From: Eledone cirrhosa
Lineage: Eukaryota
Direction: 5' to 3'
Assembly: GCA_964016885.1 (NCBI GenBank)
Contig: OZ024744.1
Coordinates: forward strand, 5,022,001-5,086,000
DNA: 64,000 nucleotides
Made by a program: the position numbers and the translations under genes. This document shows positions 50,401 through 63,230 of this stretch, in pieces (the stretch's first letter is position 1; every line of letters begins with the position of its first letter). The notes under the pieces were generated by a model. It made no database searches and was not told the DNA's origin. It was given only the letters and a program-made list of their open reading frames with translations.

Positions 50401-53400
50401 GTGGTGTTGGTAGCAGATGTCTATCTTGGTAGACAGTGGTGTTGGTAGCAGAGGTCTATCTTGGTAGACAGTGGTGTTGGTAGCAAATATCTATCTTGGT
50501 AGACAGTGGTGTTGGTAGCAGAGGTCTATGTTGGTAGACAGTGGTGTTGGTAGCAGAGGTCTATCTTGGTAGACAGTGGTGTTGGTAGCAGAGGTCTATC
50601 TTGGTAGACAGTGGTGTTGGTAGCAGAGGTCTATCTTGGTAGACAGTGGTGTTGGTAGCAGAGGTCTATCTTGGTAGACAGTGGTGTTGGTAGCAGAGGT
50701 CTATGTTGGTAGACAGTGAGGTTGGTAACAGAGGTCTATGTTGGTAGACAGTGGTGTTGGTAGCAGAGGTCTATCTTGGTAGACAGTGGTGTTGGTAGAA
50801 GAGGTCTATGTTGGTAGACAGTGAGGTTGGTAGCAGAGGTCTATCTTGGTAGACAGTGAGGTTGGTAGCAGAGGTCTATCTTGGTAGACAGTGGTGGTGG
50901 TAGCAGAGGTCTATCTTGGTAGACAGTGGTGTTGGTAGCCGAGGTCTATCTTGGTAGACAATCAGGGTGGTAGCAGAGGTCTATGTTGGTAGACAGTGGT
51001 GTTGGTAGCAGAGGTCTATGTTGGTAGACAGTGGTGTTGGTAGCAGAGGTCTATCTTGGTAGACAGTGGTGTTGGTAGCAGAGGTCTATCTTGGTAGACA
51101 GTGGTGTTGGTAGCCGAGGTCTATCTTGGTAGACAATCAGGGTGGTAGCAGACGTCTATGTTGGTAGACAGTGGTGTTGGTAGCAGAGGTCTATGTTGGT
51201 AGACAGTGGTGTTGGTAGCAGAGGTCTATCTTGGTAGACAGTGGTGTTGGTAGCAGAGGTCTATCTTGGTAGACAGTGCTTTTGGTAGCAGAGGTCTATA
51301 TTGGTAGACAGTGGTGTTGGTAGTAGAGGTATATCTTGGTAGACAGTGGTGTTGGTAGCAGATGTCTATCTTGGTAGACAGTGGTGTTGGTAGCAGAGGT
51401 CTATCTTGGTAGACAGTGGTGGTGGTAGCAAGGTCTATCTTGGTAGACAGTGGTGTTGGTAGCAGAGGTCTATCTTGGTAGACAGTGGTGTTGGTAACAG
51501 AGGTCTATCTTGGTAGACAGTGGTGTTGGTAGCAGAGGTCTATCTTGGTAGACAGTGTTGTTGGAAGCAGAGGTCTATCTTGGTAGACAGTGGTGTTGGT
51601 AGCAGACATCTATCTTGGTAGACAGTGGTGTTGGTAACAGATGTCTATCTTGGTAGACAGTGGTGTTGGTAGCAGAGGTCTATCTTGGTAGACAGTGATG
51701 TTGGTAGCAGATGTCTATCTTGGTAGACAGTGGTGTTGGTAGCAGAGGTCTATGTTGGTAGACAGTGGTGTTGGTAGCAGAGGTCTATCTTGGTAGACAG
51801 TGATGTTGGTAACAGATGTCTATCTTGGTAGACAGTGGTGTTGGTAGCAGAGGTCTATCTTGGTAGACAGTGATGTTGGTAGCAGATGTCTATCTTGATA
51901 GTCAGTGGTGTTGGTAGCAGAGGTCTATGTTGGTAGACAGTGGTGTTGGTAGCAGAGGTCTATCTTGGTAGGGAGTGGTGTTGGTAGCAGAGGTCTATCT
52001 TGGTAGACAGTGGTGTTGGTAGCAGAGGTCTATCTTGGTAGACAGTGGTGTTGGTAGCAGAGGTCTATCTTGGTAGACAGTGGTGTTGGAAGCAGAGGTC
52101 TATCTTGGTAGACAGTGGTGTTGGTAGCAGAGGTCTATCTTGGTTGACAGTGGTATTGGTAGCAGAGGTCTATCTTAGTAGACAGTGGTGTTGGTAACAG
52201 AGGTCTATCTTGGTAGACAGTGGTGTTGGTAGCAGAGGTATATCTTGGTAGACAGTGGTGTTGGTAGCAGAATCTATCTTGGTAGACAGTGGTGTTAGTC
52301 GCAGAGGTCTATCTTGGTAGACAGTGAGGTTGGTAGCAGAGGTCTATCTTGGTAGACAGTGGTGTTGGTAGCAGAGGTCTATCTTGGTAGACAGTGATGT
52401 TGGTAGAAGAGGTCTATGTTGGTAGAAAGTGAGGTTGGTAGCAGAGGTCTATCTTGGTAGACAGTGGTGTTGGTAGCAGAGGTTTATATTGGTAGACAGT
52501 GGTGTTGGTAGCAGAGGTTTATCTTGGTAGACATTGAGGTTGGTAGCAGAGGTCTATCTTGGTAGACAGTGGTGTTGGTAGCAGAGGTCTATGTTGGTAG
52601 ACAGTGGTGTTGGTAGCAGAAGTCTATCTTGGTAGACAGTGGTGTTGGTAGCAGAGGTCTATATTGGTAGACAGTGGTGTTGGTAGCAGAGGTCTATCTT
52701 GGTAGACAGTGAGGTTGGTAGCAGAGGTCTATCTTCGTAGACAGTGAGGTTGGTAGCAGAGGTCTATCTTGGTAGACAGTGGTGTTGGTAGCAGAGGTCT
52801 ATGTTGGTAGACAGTGAGGTTGGTAGCAGAGGTCTATCTTGGTAGACAGTGAAGTTGGTAGCAGAGGTCTATCTTGGTAGACAGTGAGGGTGGTAGCAGA
52901 GGTCTATCTTGGTAGACAGTGGTGTTCGTAGCAGAGGTCTATCTTGGTAGACAGTGGTGTTGGTAGCAGAGGTCTATCTTGGTAGACAGTGAGGTTGGTA
53001 GCAGAGGTCTATCTTGGTAGACAGTGGTGTTGGTAGCAGAGGTCTATCTTGGTAGACAGTGGGGTGGGTAGCAGAGGTCTATCTTGGTAGACAGTGGTGT
53101 TGGTAGCAGAGGTCTATCTTGGTAGACAGTGGTGTTGGTAGCAGAGGTCTATGTTGGTAGACAGTGGTGTTGGTAGCAGAGGTTAATCTTGGTAGACAGT
53201 GGTGTTGGTAGCAGAGGTCTATCTTGGTAGACAGTGGTGTTGGTAGCAGAGATCTATCTTGGTAGACAGTAGTGTTGGTAGCAGAGGTCTATGTTGGTAG
53301 ACAGTGGTGTTTGTAGCAGAGGTCTATGTTGGTAGACAGTGGTGTTGGAAGCAGAGGTCTATCTTAGTAGACAGTGGTGTTGGTACATAGGTCTATGTTG

Positions 53401-55260
53401 GTAGACAGTGAGGTTGGTAGCAGAGGTCTATATTGGTAGACAGTGAGGTTGGTAGCAGAGGTCTATCTTGGTAGACAGTGAGGTTGGTAGCAGAGCTCTA
53501 TCTTGGTAGAAAGTGGTGTTGGTAGCAGAGGTCTATGTTGGTAGACAGTGGTGTTGGTAGCAGAGGTTTATCTTGGTAGACAGTGGTGTTGGTAGCAGAG
53601 GTCTATGTTGGTAGACAGTGGTGTTGGTAGCAGAGGTATATCTTGGTAGGCAGTGGTGTTGGTAGCAGAGCTCTATCTTGGTAGACAGTGGTGTTGGTAG
53701 CAGAGGTCTTTCTTGGTAGACAGTGGTGTTGCTAGCAGAGGTCTATGTTGATAGAAAGTGAGGTTGGTAGCTGAGGTCTATGTTGGTAGACAGTGGTGTT
53801 GGTAGCAGAAGTCTATCTTGGTAGACAGTGAGGTTGGTAGCAGAGGTCTATCTTGGTAGACAGTGGTGTTGGTAGCAGAGGTCTATCTTGGTAGACAGTG
53901 GTGTTGGTAGCAGAGGTCTATCTTGGTAGACAGTGGTGTTGGTAGCAGAGGTCTATCTTGGTAGACAGTGGTGTTGGTAGCAGAGGTCTATCTTGGTAGA
54001 CAGTGGTGTTGCTAGCAGAGGTCTATCTTGGTAGACAGTGGTGTTGGTAGCAAAGGTCTATGTTGGTAGACAGTGAGGTTGGTAGCAGAGGTCTATCTTG
54101 GTAGACAGTGAGGGTGCTTGCAGAGGTCTATGTTGGTAGACAGTGGTGTTGGTAGCAGAGGTCTATCTTGGTAGACAGTGAGGTTGGTATCAGAGGTCTA
54201 TCTTGGTAGACAGTGAGGTTGGTAGCAGAGGTCTATGTTGGTAGACAGTGGTGTTGGTAGCATAGGTCTATCTTGGTAGACAGTGGTGTTGGTAGCAGAG
54301 GTCTATGCTGGTAGACAGTGGTGTTGGTAGTAGAGGTCTATCTTGCTAGACAGTGGTGTTGGTAGCAGATGTCTATCTTGGTAGACAGTGGTGTTGGTAG
54401 CAGAGGTCTATCTTGGTAGACAGTGGTGTTGGTAGCAGATATCTATCTTGGTAGACAGTGGTGTTGGTAGCAGAGGTCTATGTTGGTAGACAGTGGTGTT
54501 GGTAGCAGAGATCTATCTTGGTAGTCAGTGGTGTTGGTAGCAGAGGTCTATCTTGGTAGACAGTGGTGTTGGTAGCAGAGGTCTATCTTGGTAGACAGTG
54601 GTGTTGGTAGCAGAGGTCTATGTTGGTAGAAAGTGAGGTTGGTAGCAGAGGTCTATGTTGGTAGACAGTGGTGTTGGTAGCAGAGGTCTATCTTGGTAGA
54701 CAGTGGTGTTGGTAGAAGAGGTCTATGTTGGTAGACAGTGAGGTTGGTAGCAGAGGTCTATCTTGGCAGACAGTGAGGTTGGTAGCAGAGGTCTATGTTG
54801 GTAGACAGTGGTGTTGCTAGCAGAGGTCTATCTTGTTAGACAGTGGTGTTGGTAGCAGAGGTCTATCTTGGTAGACAGTGGTTTTGGTAGCAGAGGTCTA
54901 TATTGGTAGACAGTGGTGTTGGTAGTAGAGGTCTATCTTGGTAGACAGTGGTGTTGGTAGCAGATGTCTATCTTGGTAGACAGTGGTGTTGGTAGCAGAG
55001 GTCTATCTTGGTAGACAGTGGTGTTGGTAGCAGAGGTCTATCTTGGTAGACAGTGGTGTTGGTAGCAGAGGTCTATCTTGGTAGACAGTGTTGTTGGTAG
55101 CAGAGGTCTATCTTGGTAGACAGTGGTGTTGGTAGCAGACATCTATCTTGGTAGACAGTGGTGTTGGTAGCAGATGTCTATCTTGGTAGACAGTGGTGTT
55201 GGTAGCAGAGGTCTATCTTGGTAGGCAGTGGTGTTGGTAGCAGAGGTCTATCTTGGTAGA
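47400..55260. repeat. ~7.9-kb tandem duplication, copy 1
   Basis: Private markers GTAGACTGTGG 48370/56276 (7,906), AATCAGGG 50961/58902 (7,941), GACGTC 51151/59092 (7,941), GGTACATAGG 53386/61327 (7,941) and GACATC 55140/63116 (7,976). The offsets differ only by whole monomers. Confidence 0.9.
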
Positions 55261-58200
55261 CAGTGGTGTTGGTAGGAGATGTCTATCTTGGTAGACAGTG
55301 GTGTTGGTAGCAGAGGTCTATCTTGGTAGACAGTGGTGTTGGTAGCAGATATCTATCTTGGTAGACAGTGGTGTTCGTAGCAGAGGTCTATGTTGGTAGA
55401 CAGTGGTGTTGGTAGCAGAGGTCTATCTTGGTAGTCAGTGGTGTTGGTAGCAGAGGTCTATCTTGGTAGACAGTGGTGTTGGTAGCAGAGGTCTATCTTG
55501 GTAGACAGTGGTGTTGGTAGCAGAGGTCTATGTTGGTAGAAAGTGAGGTTGGTAGCAGAGGTCTATGTTGGTAGACAGTGGTGTTGGTAGCAGAGGTCTA
55601 TCTTGGTAGACAGTGGTGTTGGTAGAAGATGTCTATGTTGGTAGACAGTGAGGTTGGTAGCAGAGGTTTATCTTGGCAGACAGTGAGGTTGGTAGCAGAG
55701 GTCTATCTTGGTAGACAGTGGTGTTGGTAGCAGAGGTCTATGTTGGTAGACAGTGGTGTTGGTAGCAGAGGTCTATCTTAGTAGACAGTGGTGTTGGTAG
55801 CAGAGGTCTATCTTGGTAGACAGTGAAGTTGGTAGCAGAGGTCTATCTTGGTAGACAGTGAGGTTGGTAGCAGAGGTCTATCTTGGTAGACAGTGGTGTT
55901 GGTAGCAGAGGTCTATCTTGGTAGACAGTGAGGTTGGTAACAGAGGTCTATCTTGGTAGACAGTGGTGTTGTAGCAGAGGTCTATCTCGGTAGACAGTGA
56001 GGTTGGTAGCAGAGGTCTATGCTGGTAGACAGTGGTGTTGGTAGCAGAGGTCTATCTTGGTAGACAGTGGTGTTGGTAGCAGAGGTCTATCTTGGTAGAC
56101 AGTGGTGTTGGTAGCAGAGGTCTATGTTGGTAGACAGTGAGGTTGCTAGCAGAGGTCTATCTTGGTAGACAGTGGTGTTGGTAGCAGAGGTCTATCTTGG
56201 TAGACAGTGAGGTTGGTATCAGAGGTCTATCTTGGTAGACAGTGGTGTTGGTAGCAGAGGTCTATGTTGGTAGACTGTGGTGTTGGTAGCAGAGGTCTAT
56301 CTTGGTAGATAGTGAGGTTGGTAGTAGAGGTCTATGTTGGTAGACATTGGTGTTGGTAGCAGAGTTCTATCTTGGTAGACAGTGGTGTTGGTAATAGAGG
56401 TCTATCTTGGTAGACAGTGGTGTTGGTAGCAGATGTCTATCTTGGTAGACAGTGGTGTTGGTAGCAGAGGTCTATCTTGGTAGACAGTGGTGTTGGTAGC
56501 AGAAGTCGATCTTGGTAGACAGTGGTGTTGGTAGCAGAGGTCTATCTTGGTAGACAGTGGTGTTGGTAGCAGATGTCTATCTTGGTAGACAGTGGTGTTG
56601 GTAGCAGAGATCTATCTTGGTAGACAGTGGTGTTGGTAGCAGAGGTCGATCTTGGTAGACAGTGGTGTTGGTAGCAGAGGTCGATCTTGGTAGACAGTGG
56701 TGTTGGTAGCAGAGGTCTATCTTGGTAGACAGTGGTGTTGGTAGCAGAGGTCTATGTTGGTAGACAGTGGTGTTGGTAGCAGAGGTATATCTTGGTAGGC
56801 AGTGGTGTTGGTAGCAGAGCTCTATCTTGGTAGACAGTGGTGTTGGTAGCAGAAGTCTATCTTGGTAGACAGTGGTGTTGGTAGCAGAGGTCTTTCTTGG
56901 TAGACAGTGGTGTTGGTAGCAGAGGTCTATGTTGGTAGAAAGTGAGGTTGGTAGCAGAGGTCTATCTTGGTAGAAAGTGGTGTTGGTAGGAGAGGTCTAT
57001 CTTGGTAGACAGTGGTGTTGGTAGCAGAGGTCTATCTTGGTAGACAGTGGTGTTGGTAGCAGAGGTCTATATTGGTAGACAGTGGTGTTGGTAGCAGATG
57101 TCTATCTTGGTAGACAGTGGTGTTGGTAGCAGAGGTCTATCTTGGTAGACAGTGGTAATGGTAGCAGAGGTCTATCTTGTTAGACAGTGTTGTTGGTAGC
57201 AGAGGTCTATCTTAGTAGACAGTGGTGTTGGTAGCAGAGGTCTATCTTAGTAGACAGTGGTGTTGGTAGCAGAGGTCTATCCTGGTAGACAGTGGTGTTG
57301 GTAGCAGAGGTCTATCTTGGTAGACAGTAGTGTTGGTAGCAGAGGTCTATCTTGGTAGACAGTGGTGTTGGTAGCTGAGGTCTAACTTGGTAGACAGTGG
57401 TGTTGGTAGCAGAGGTCTACCTTGGTAGACAGTGGTGTCGGTAGCAGAGCTCTATCCTGGTAGACAGTGGTGTTGGTAGCAGAGGTCTATCTTGGTAGAC
57501 AGTGAGGTTGGTAGCAGAGGTCTATGTTGGTAGACAGTGGTGTCGGTAGCAGAGCTCTATCTTGGTAGACAGTGGTGTTGGTAGCAGAAGTCTAACTTGG
57601 TAGACAGTGAGGTTGGGAGCAGAGGTCTATGTTGGTAGACAGTGGTGTTGGTAGCAGAGGTCTATGTTGGTAGACAGTGAGGTTGGTAGCAGAGGTCTAT
57701 CTTGGTAGACAGTGAAGTTGGTAGCAGAGGTCTATCTTGGTAGACAGTGAGGGTGGTAGCAGAGGTCTATCTTGGTAGACAGTGGTGTTCGTAGCAGAGG
57801 TCTATCTTGGTAGACAGTGGTGTTGGTAGCAGAGGTCTATCTTGGTAGACAGTGGTGTTGGTAGGAGAGGTTTATCTTGGTAGACAGTGGTGTTGGTAGC
57901 AGAGGTCTATGTTGGTAGACAGTGGTGTTGGTAGCAGAGGTATATCTTGGTAGGCAGTGCTGTTGGTAGCAGAGCTCTATCTTGGTAGACAGTGGTGTTG
58001 GTAGCAGAGGTCTATCTTGGTAGACAGTGGTGTTGGTAGCAGAGGTCTTTCTTGGTAGACAGTGGTGTTGGTAGCAGAGGTCTATGTTAGTAGAAAGTGA
58101 GGTTGGTAGCAAAGGTCTATCTTGGTAGACAGTGAGGGTGGTAGCAGAGGTATATCTTGGTAGACAGAGGTGTTGGTAGCAGAGGTCTATCTTGGTACAC

Positions 58201-61200
58201 AGTGAGGTTGGTATCAGAGGTCTATCTTGGTAGACAGTGAGGTCGGTAGCAGAGGTCTATGTTGGTAGACAGTGGTGTTGGTAGCATAGGTCTATCTTGG
58301 TAGACAGTGGTGTTGGTAGCAGAGGTCTATGTTGGTAGACAGTGGTGTTGGTAGTAGAGGTCTATCTTGGTAGACAGTGGTGTTGGTAGCAGATGTCTAT
58401 CTTGGTAGACAGTGGTGTTGGTAGCAGAGGTCTATCTTGGTAGACAGTGGTGTTGGTAGCAAATATCTATCTTGGTAGACAGTGGTGTTGGTAGCAGAGG
58501 TCTATGTTGGTAGACAGTGGTGTTGGTAGCAGAGGTCTATCTTGGTAGACAGTGGTGTTGGTAGCAGAGGTCTATCTTGGTAGACAGTGGTGTTGGTAGC
58601 AGAGGTCTATCTTGGTAGACAGTGGTGTTGGTAGCAGAGGTCTATGTTGGTAGACAGTGAGGTTGGTAACAGAGGTCTATGTTGGTAGACAGTGGTGTTG
58701 GTAGCAGGGGTCTATCTTGGTAGACAGTGGTGTTGGTAAAAGAGGTCTATGTTGGTAGACAGTGAGGTTGGTAGCAGAGGTCTATCTTGGTAGACAGTGA
58801 GGTTGGTAGCAGAGGTCTATCTTGGTAGACAGTGGTGGTGGTAGCAGAGGTCTATCTTGGTAGACAGTGGTGTTGGTAGCCGAGGTCTATCTTGGTAGAC
58901 AATCAGGGTGGTAGCAGAGGTCTATGTTGGTAGACAGTGGTGTTGGTAGCAGAGGTCTATGTTGGTAGACAGTGGTGTTGGTAGCAGAGGTCTATCTTGG
59001 TAGACAGTGGTGTTGGTAGCAGAGGTCTATCTTGGTAGACAGTGGTGTTGGTAGCCGAGGTCTATCTTGGTAGACAATCAGGGTGGTAGCAGACGTCTAT
59101 GTTGGTAGACAGTGGTGTTGGTAGCAGAGGTCTATGTTGGTAGACAGTGGTGTTGGTAGCAGAGGTCTATCTTGGTAGACAGTGGTGTTGGTAGCAGAGG
59201 TCTATCTTGGTAGACAGTGCTTTTGGTAGCAGAGGTCTATATTGGTAGACAGTGGTGTTGGTAGTAGAGGTATATCTTGGTAGACAGTGGTGTTGGTAGC
59301 AGATGTCTATCTTGGTAGACAGTGGTGTTGGTAGCAGAGGTCTATCTTGGTAGACAGTGGTGGTGGTAGCAAGGTCTATCTTGGTAGACAGTGGTGTTGG
59401 TAGCAGAGGTCTATCTTGGTAGACAGTGGTGTTGGTAACAGAGGTCTATCTTGGTAGACAGTGGTGTTGGTAGCAGAGGTCTATCTTGGTAGACAGTGTT
59501 GTTGGAAGCAGAGGTCTATCTTGGTAGACAGTGGTGTTGGTAGCAGACATCTATCTTGGTAGACAGTGGTGTTGGTAACAGATGTCTATCTTGGTAGACA
59601 GTGGTGTTGGTAGCAGAGGTCTATCTTGGTAGACAGTGATGTTGGTAGCAGATGTCTATCTTGGTAGACAGTGGTGTTGGTAGCAGAGGTCTATGTTGGT
59701 AGACAGTGGTGTTGGTAGCAGAGGTCTATCTTGGTAGACAGTGATGTTGGTAACAGATGTCTATCTTGGTAGACAGTGGTGTTGGTAGCAGAGGTCTATC
59801 TTGGTAGACAGTGATGTTGGTAGCAGATGTCTATCTTGGTAGTCAGTGGTGTTGGTAGCAGAGGTCTATGTTGGTAGACAGTGGTGTTGGTAGCAGAGGT
59901 CTATCTTGGTAGGCAGTGGTGTTGGTAGCAGAGGTCTATCTTGGTAGACAGTGGTGTTGGTAGCAGAGGTCTATCTTGGTAGACAGTGGTGTTGGTAGCA
60001 GAGGTCTATCTTGGTAGACAGTGGTGTTGGAAGCAGAGGTCTATCTTGGTAGACAGTGGTGTTGGTAGCAGAGGTCTATCTTGGTTGACAGTGGTATTGG
60101 TAGCAGAGGTCTATCTTAGTAGACAGTGGTGTTGGTAACAGAGGTCTATCTTGGTAGACAGTGGTGTTGGTAGCAGAGGTATATCTTGGTAGACAGTGGT
60201 GTTGGTAGCAGAATCTATCTTGGTAGACAGTGGTGTTAGTCGCAGAGGTCTATCTTGGTAGACAGTGAGGTTGGTAGCAGAGGTCTATCTTGGTAGACAG
60301 TGGTGTTGGTAGCAGAGGTCTATCTTGGTAGACAGTGATGTTGGTAGAAGAGGTCTATGTTGGTAGAAAGTGAGGTTGGTAGCAGAGGTCTATCTTGGTA
60401 GACAGTGGTGTTGGTAGCAGAGGTTTATATTGGTAGACAGTGGTGTTGGTAGCAGAGGTTTATCTTGGTAGACATTGAGGTTGGTAGCAGAGGTATATCT
60501 TGGTAGACAGTGGTGTTGGTAGCAGAGGTCTATGTTGGTAGACAGTGGTGTTGGTAGCAGAAGTCTATCTTGGTAGACAGTGGTGTTGGTAGCAGAGGTC
60601 TATATTGGTAGACAGTGGTGTTGGTAGCAGAGGTCTATCTTGGTAGACAGTGAGGTTGGTAGCAGAGGTCTATCTTCGTAGACAGTGAGGTTGGTAGCAG
60701 AGGTCTATCTTGGTAGACAGTGGTGTTGGTAGCAGAGGTCTATGTTGGTAGACAGTGAGGTTGGTAGCAGAGGTCTATATTGGTAGACAGTGAAGTTGGT
60801 AGCAGAGGTCTATCTTGGTAGACAGTGAGGGTGGTAGCAGAGGTCTATCTTGGTAGACAGTGGTGTTCGTAGCAGAGGTCTATATTGGTAGACAGTGGTG
60901 TTGGTAGCAGAGGTCTATCTTGGTAGACAGTGAGGTTGGTAGCAGAGGTCTATCTTGGTAGACAGTGGTGTTGGTAGCAGAGGTCTATCTTGGTAGACAG
61001 TGGGGTGGGTAGCAGAGGTCTATCTTGGTAGACAGTGGTGTTGGTAGCAGAGGTCTATCTTGGTAGACAGTGGTGTTGGTAGCAGAGGTCTATGTTGGTA
61101 GACAGTGGTGTTGGTAGCAGAGGTTAATCTTGGTAGACAGTGGTGTTGGTAGCAGAGGTCTATCTTGGTAGACAGTGGTGTTGGTAGCAGAGATCTATCT

Positions 61201-63230
61201 TGGTAGACAGTAGTGTTGGTAGCAGAGGTCTATGTTGGTAGACAGTGGTGTTTGTAGCAGAGGTCTATGTTGGTAGACAGTGGTGTTGGAAGCAGAGGTC
61301 TATCTTAGTAGACAGTGGTGTTGGTACATAGGTCTATGTTGGTAGACAGTGAGGTTGGTAGCAGAGGTCTATATTGGTAGACAGTGAGGTTGGTAGCAGA
61401 GGTCTATCTTGGTAGACAGTGAGGTTGGTAGCAGAGCTCTATCTTGGTAGAAAGTGGTGTTGGTAGCAGAGGTCTATGTTGGTAGACAGTGGTGTTGGTA
61501 GCAGAGGTTTATCTTGGTAGACAGTGGTGTTGGTAGCAGAGGTCTATGTTGGTAGACAGTGGTGTTGGTAGCAGAGGTATATCTTGGTAGGCAGTGGTGT
61601 TGGTAGCAGAGCTCTATCTTGGTAGACAGTGGTGTTGGTAGCAGAGGTCTTTCTTGGTAGACAGTGGTGTTGCTAGCAGAGGTCTATGTTGATAGAAAGT
61701 GAGGTTGGTAGCTGAGGTCTATGTTGGTAGACAGTGGTGTTGGTAGCAGAAGTCTATCTTGGTAGACAGTGAGGTTGGTAGCAGAGGTCTATCTTGGTAG
61801 ACAGTGGTGTTGGTAGCAGAGGTCTATCTTGGTAGACAGTGGTGTTGGTAGCAGAGGTCTATCTTGGTAGACAGTGGTGTTGGTAGCAGAGGTCTATCTT
61901 GGTAGACAGTGGTGTTGGTAGCAGAGGTCTATCTTGGTAGACAGTGGTGTTGCTAGCAGAGGTCTATCTTGGTAGACAGTGGTGTTGGTAGCAAAGGTCT
62001 ATGTTGGTAGACAGTGAGGTTGGTAGCAGAGGTCTATCTTGGTAGACAGTGAGGGTGCTTGCAGAGGTCTATGTTGGTAGACAGTGGTGTTGGTAGCAGA
62101 GGTCTATCTTGGTAGACAGTGAGGTTGGTATCAGAGGTCTATCTTGGTAGACAGTGAGGTTGGTAGCAGAGGTCTATGTTGGTAGACAGTGGTGTTGGTA
62201 GCATAGGTCTATCTTGGTAGACAGTGGTGTTGGTAGCAGAGGTCTATGCTGGTAGACAGTGGTGTTGGTAGTAGAGGTCTATCTTGCTAGACAGTGGTGT
62301 TGGTAGCAGATGTCTATCTTGGTAGACAGTGGTGTTGGTAGCAGAGGTCTATCTTGGTAGACAGTGGTGTTGGTAGCAGATATCTATCTTGGTAGACAGT
62401 GGTGTTGGTAGCAGAGGTCTATGTTGGTAGACAGTGGTGTTGGTAGCAGAGATCTATCTTGGTAGTCAGTGGTGTTGGTAGCAGAGGTCTATCTTGGTAG
62501 ACAGTGGTGTTGGTAGCAGAGGTCTATCTTGGTAGACAGTGGTGTTGGTAGCAGAGGTCTATGTTGGTAGAAAGTGAGGTTGGTAGCAGAGGTCTATGTT
62601 GGTAGACAGTGGTGTTGGTAGCAGAGGTCTATCTTGGTAGACAGTGGTGTTGGTAGAAGAGGTCTATGTTGGTAGACAGTGAGGTTGGTAGCAGAGGTCT
62701 ATCTTGGCAGACAGTGAGGTTGGTAGCAGAGGTCTATGTTGGTAGACAGTGGTGTTGGTAGCAGAGGTCTATGTTGGTAGACAGTGGTGTTGCTAGCAGA
62801 GGTCTATCTTGGTAGACAGTGGTGTTGGTAGCAGAGGTCTATCTTGGTAGACAGTGGTTTTGGTAGCAGAGGTCTATATTGGTAGACAGTGGTGTTGGTA
62901 GTAGAGGTCTATCTTGGTAGACAGTGGTGTTGGTAGCAGATGTCTATCTTGGTAGACAGTGGTGTTGGTAGCAGAGGTCTATCTTGGTAGACAGTGGTGT
63001 TGGTAGCAGAGGTCTATCTTGGTAGACAGTGGTGTTGGTAGCAGAGGTCTATCTTGGTAGACAGTGTTGTTGGTAGCAGAGGTCTATCTTGGTAGACAGT
63101 GGTGTTGGTAGCAGACATCTATCTTGGTAGACAGTGGTGTTGGTAGCAGATGTCTATCTTGGTAGACAGTGGTGTTGGTAGCAGAGGTCTATCTTGGTAG
63201 GCAGTGGTGTTGGTAGCAGAGGTCTATCTT
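55261..63230. repeat. ~7.9-kb tandem duplication, copy 2
   Basis: Same variant order as 47400-55260, with several point differences and single-monomer gains or losses. The match is lost after ~63230. Confidence 0.9.

Noticed and set aside
57837-58112. Second 91-aa ORF, nearly identical to the first
   Set aside because: It is the same sequence inside the 7.9-kb duplication (offset 7,976), so the similarity is not independent conservation.
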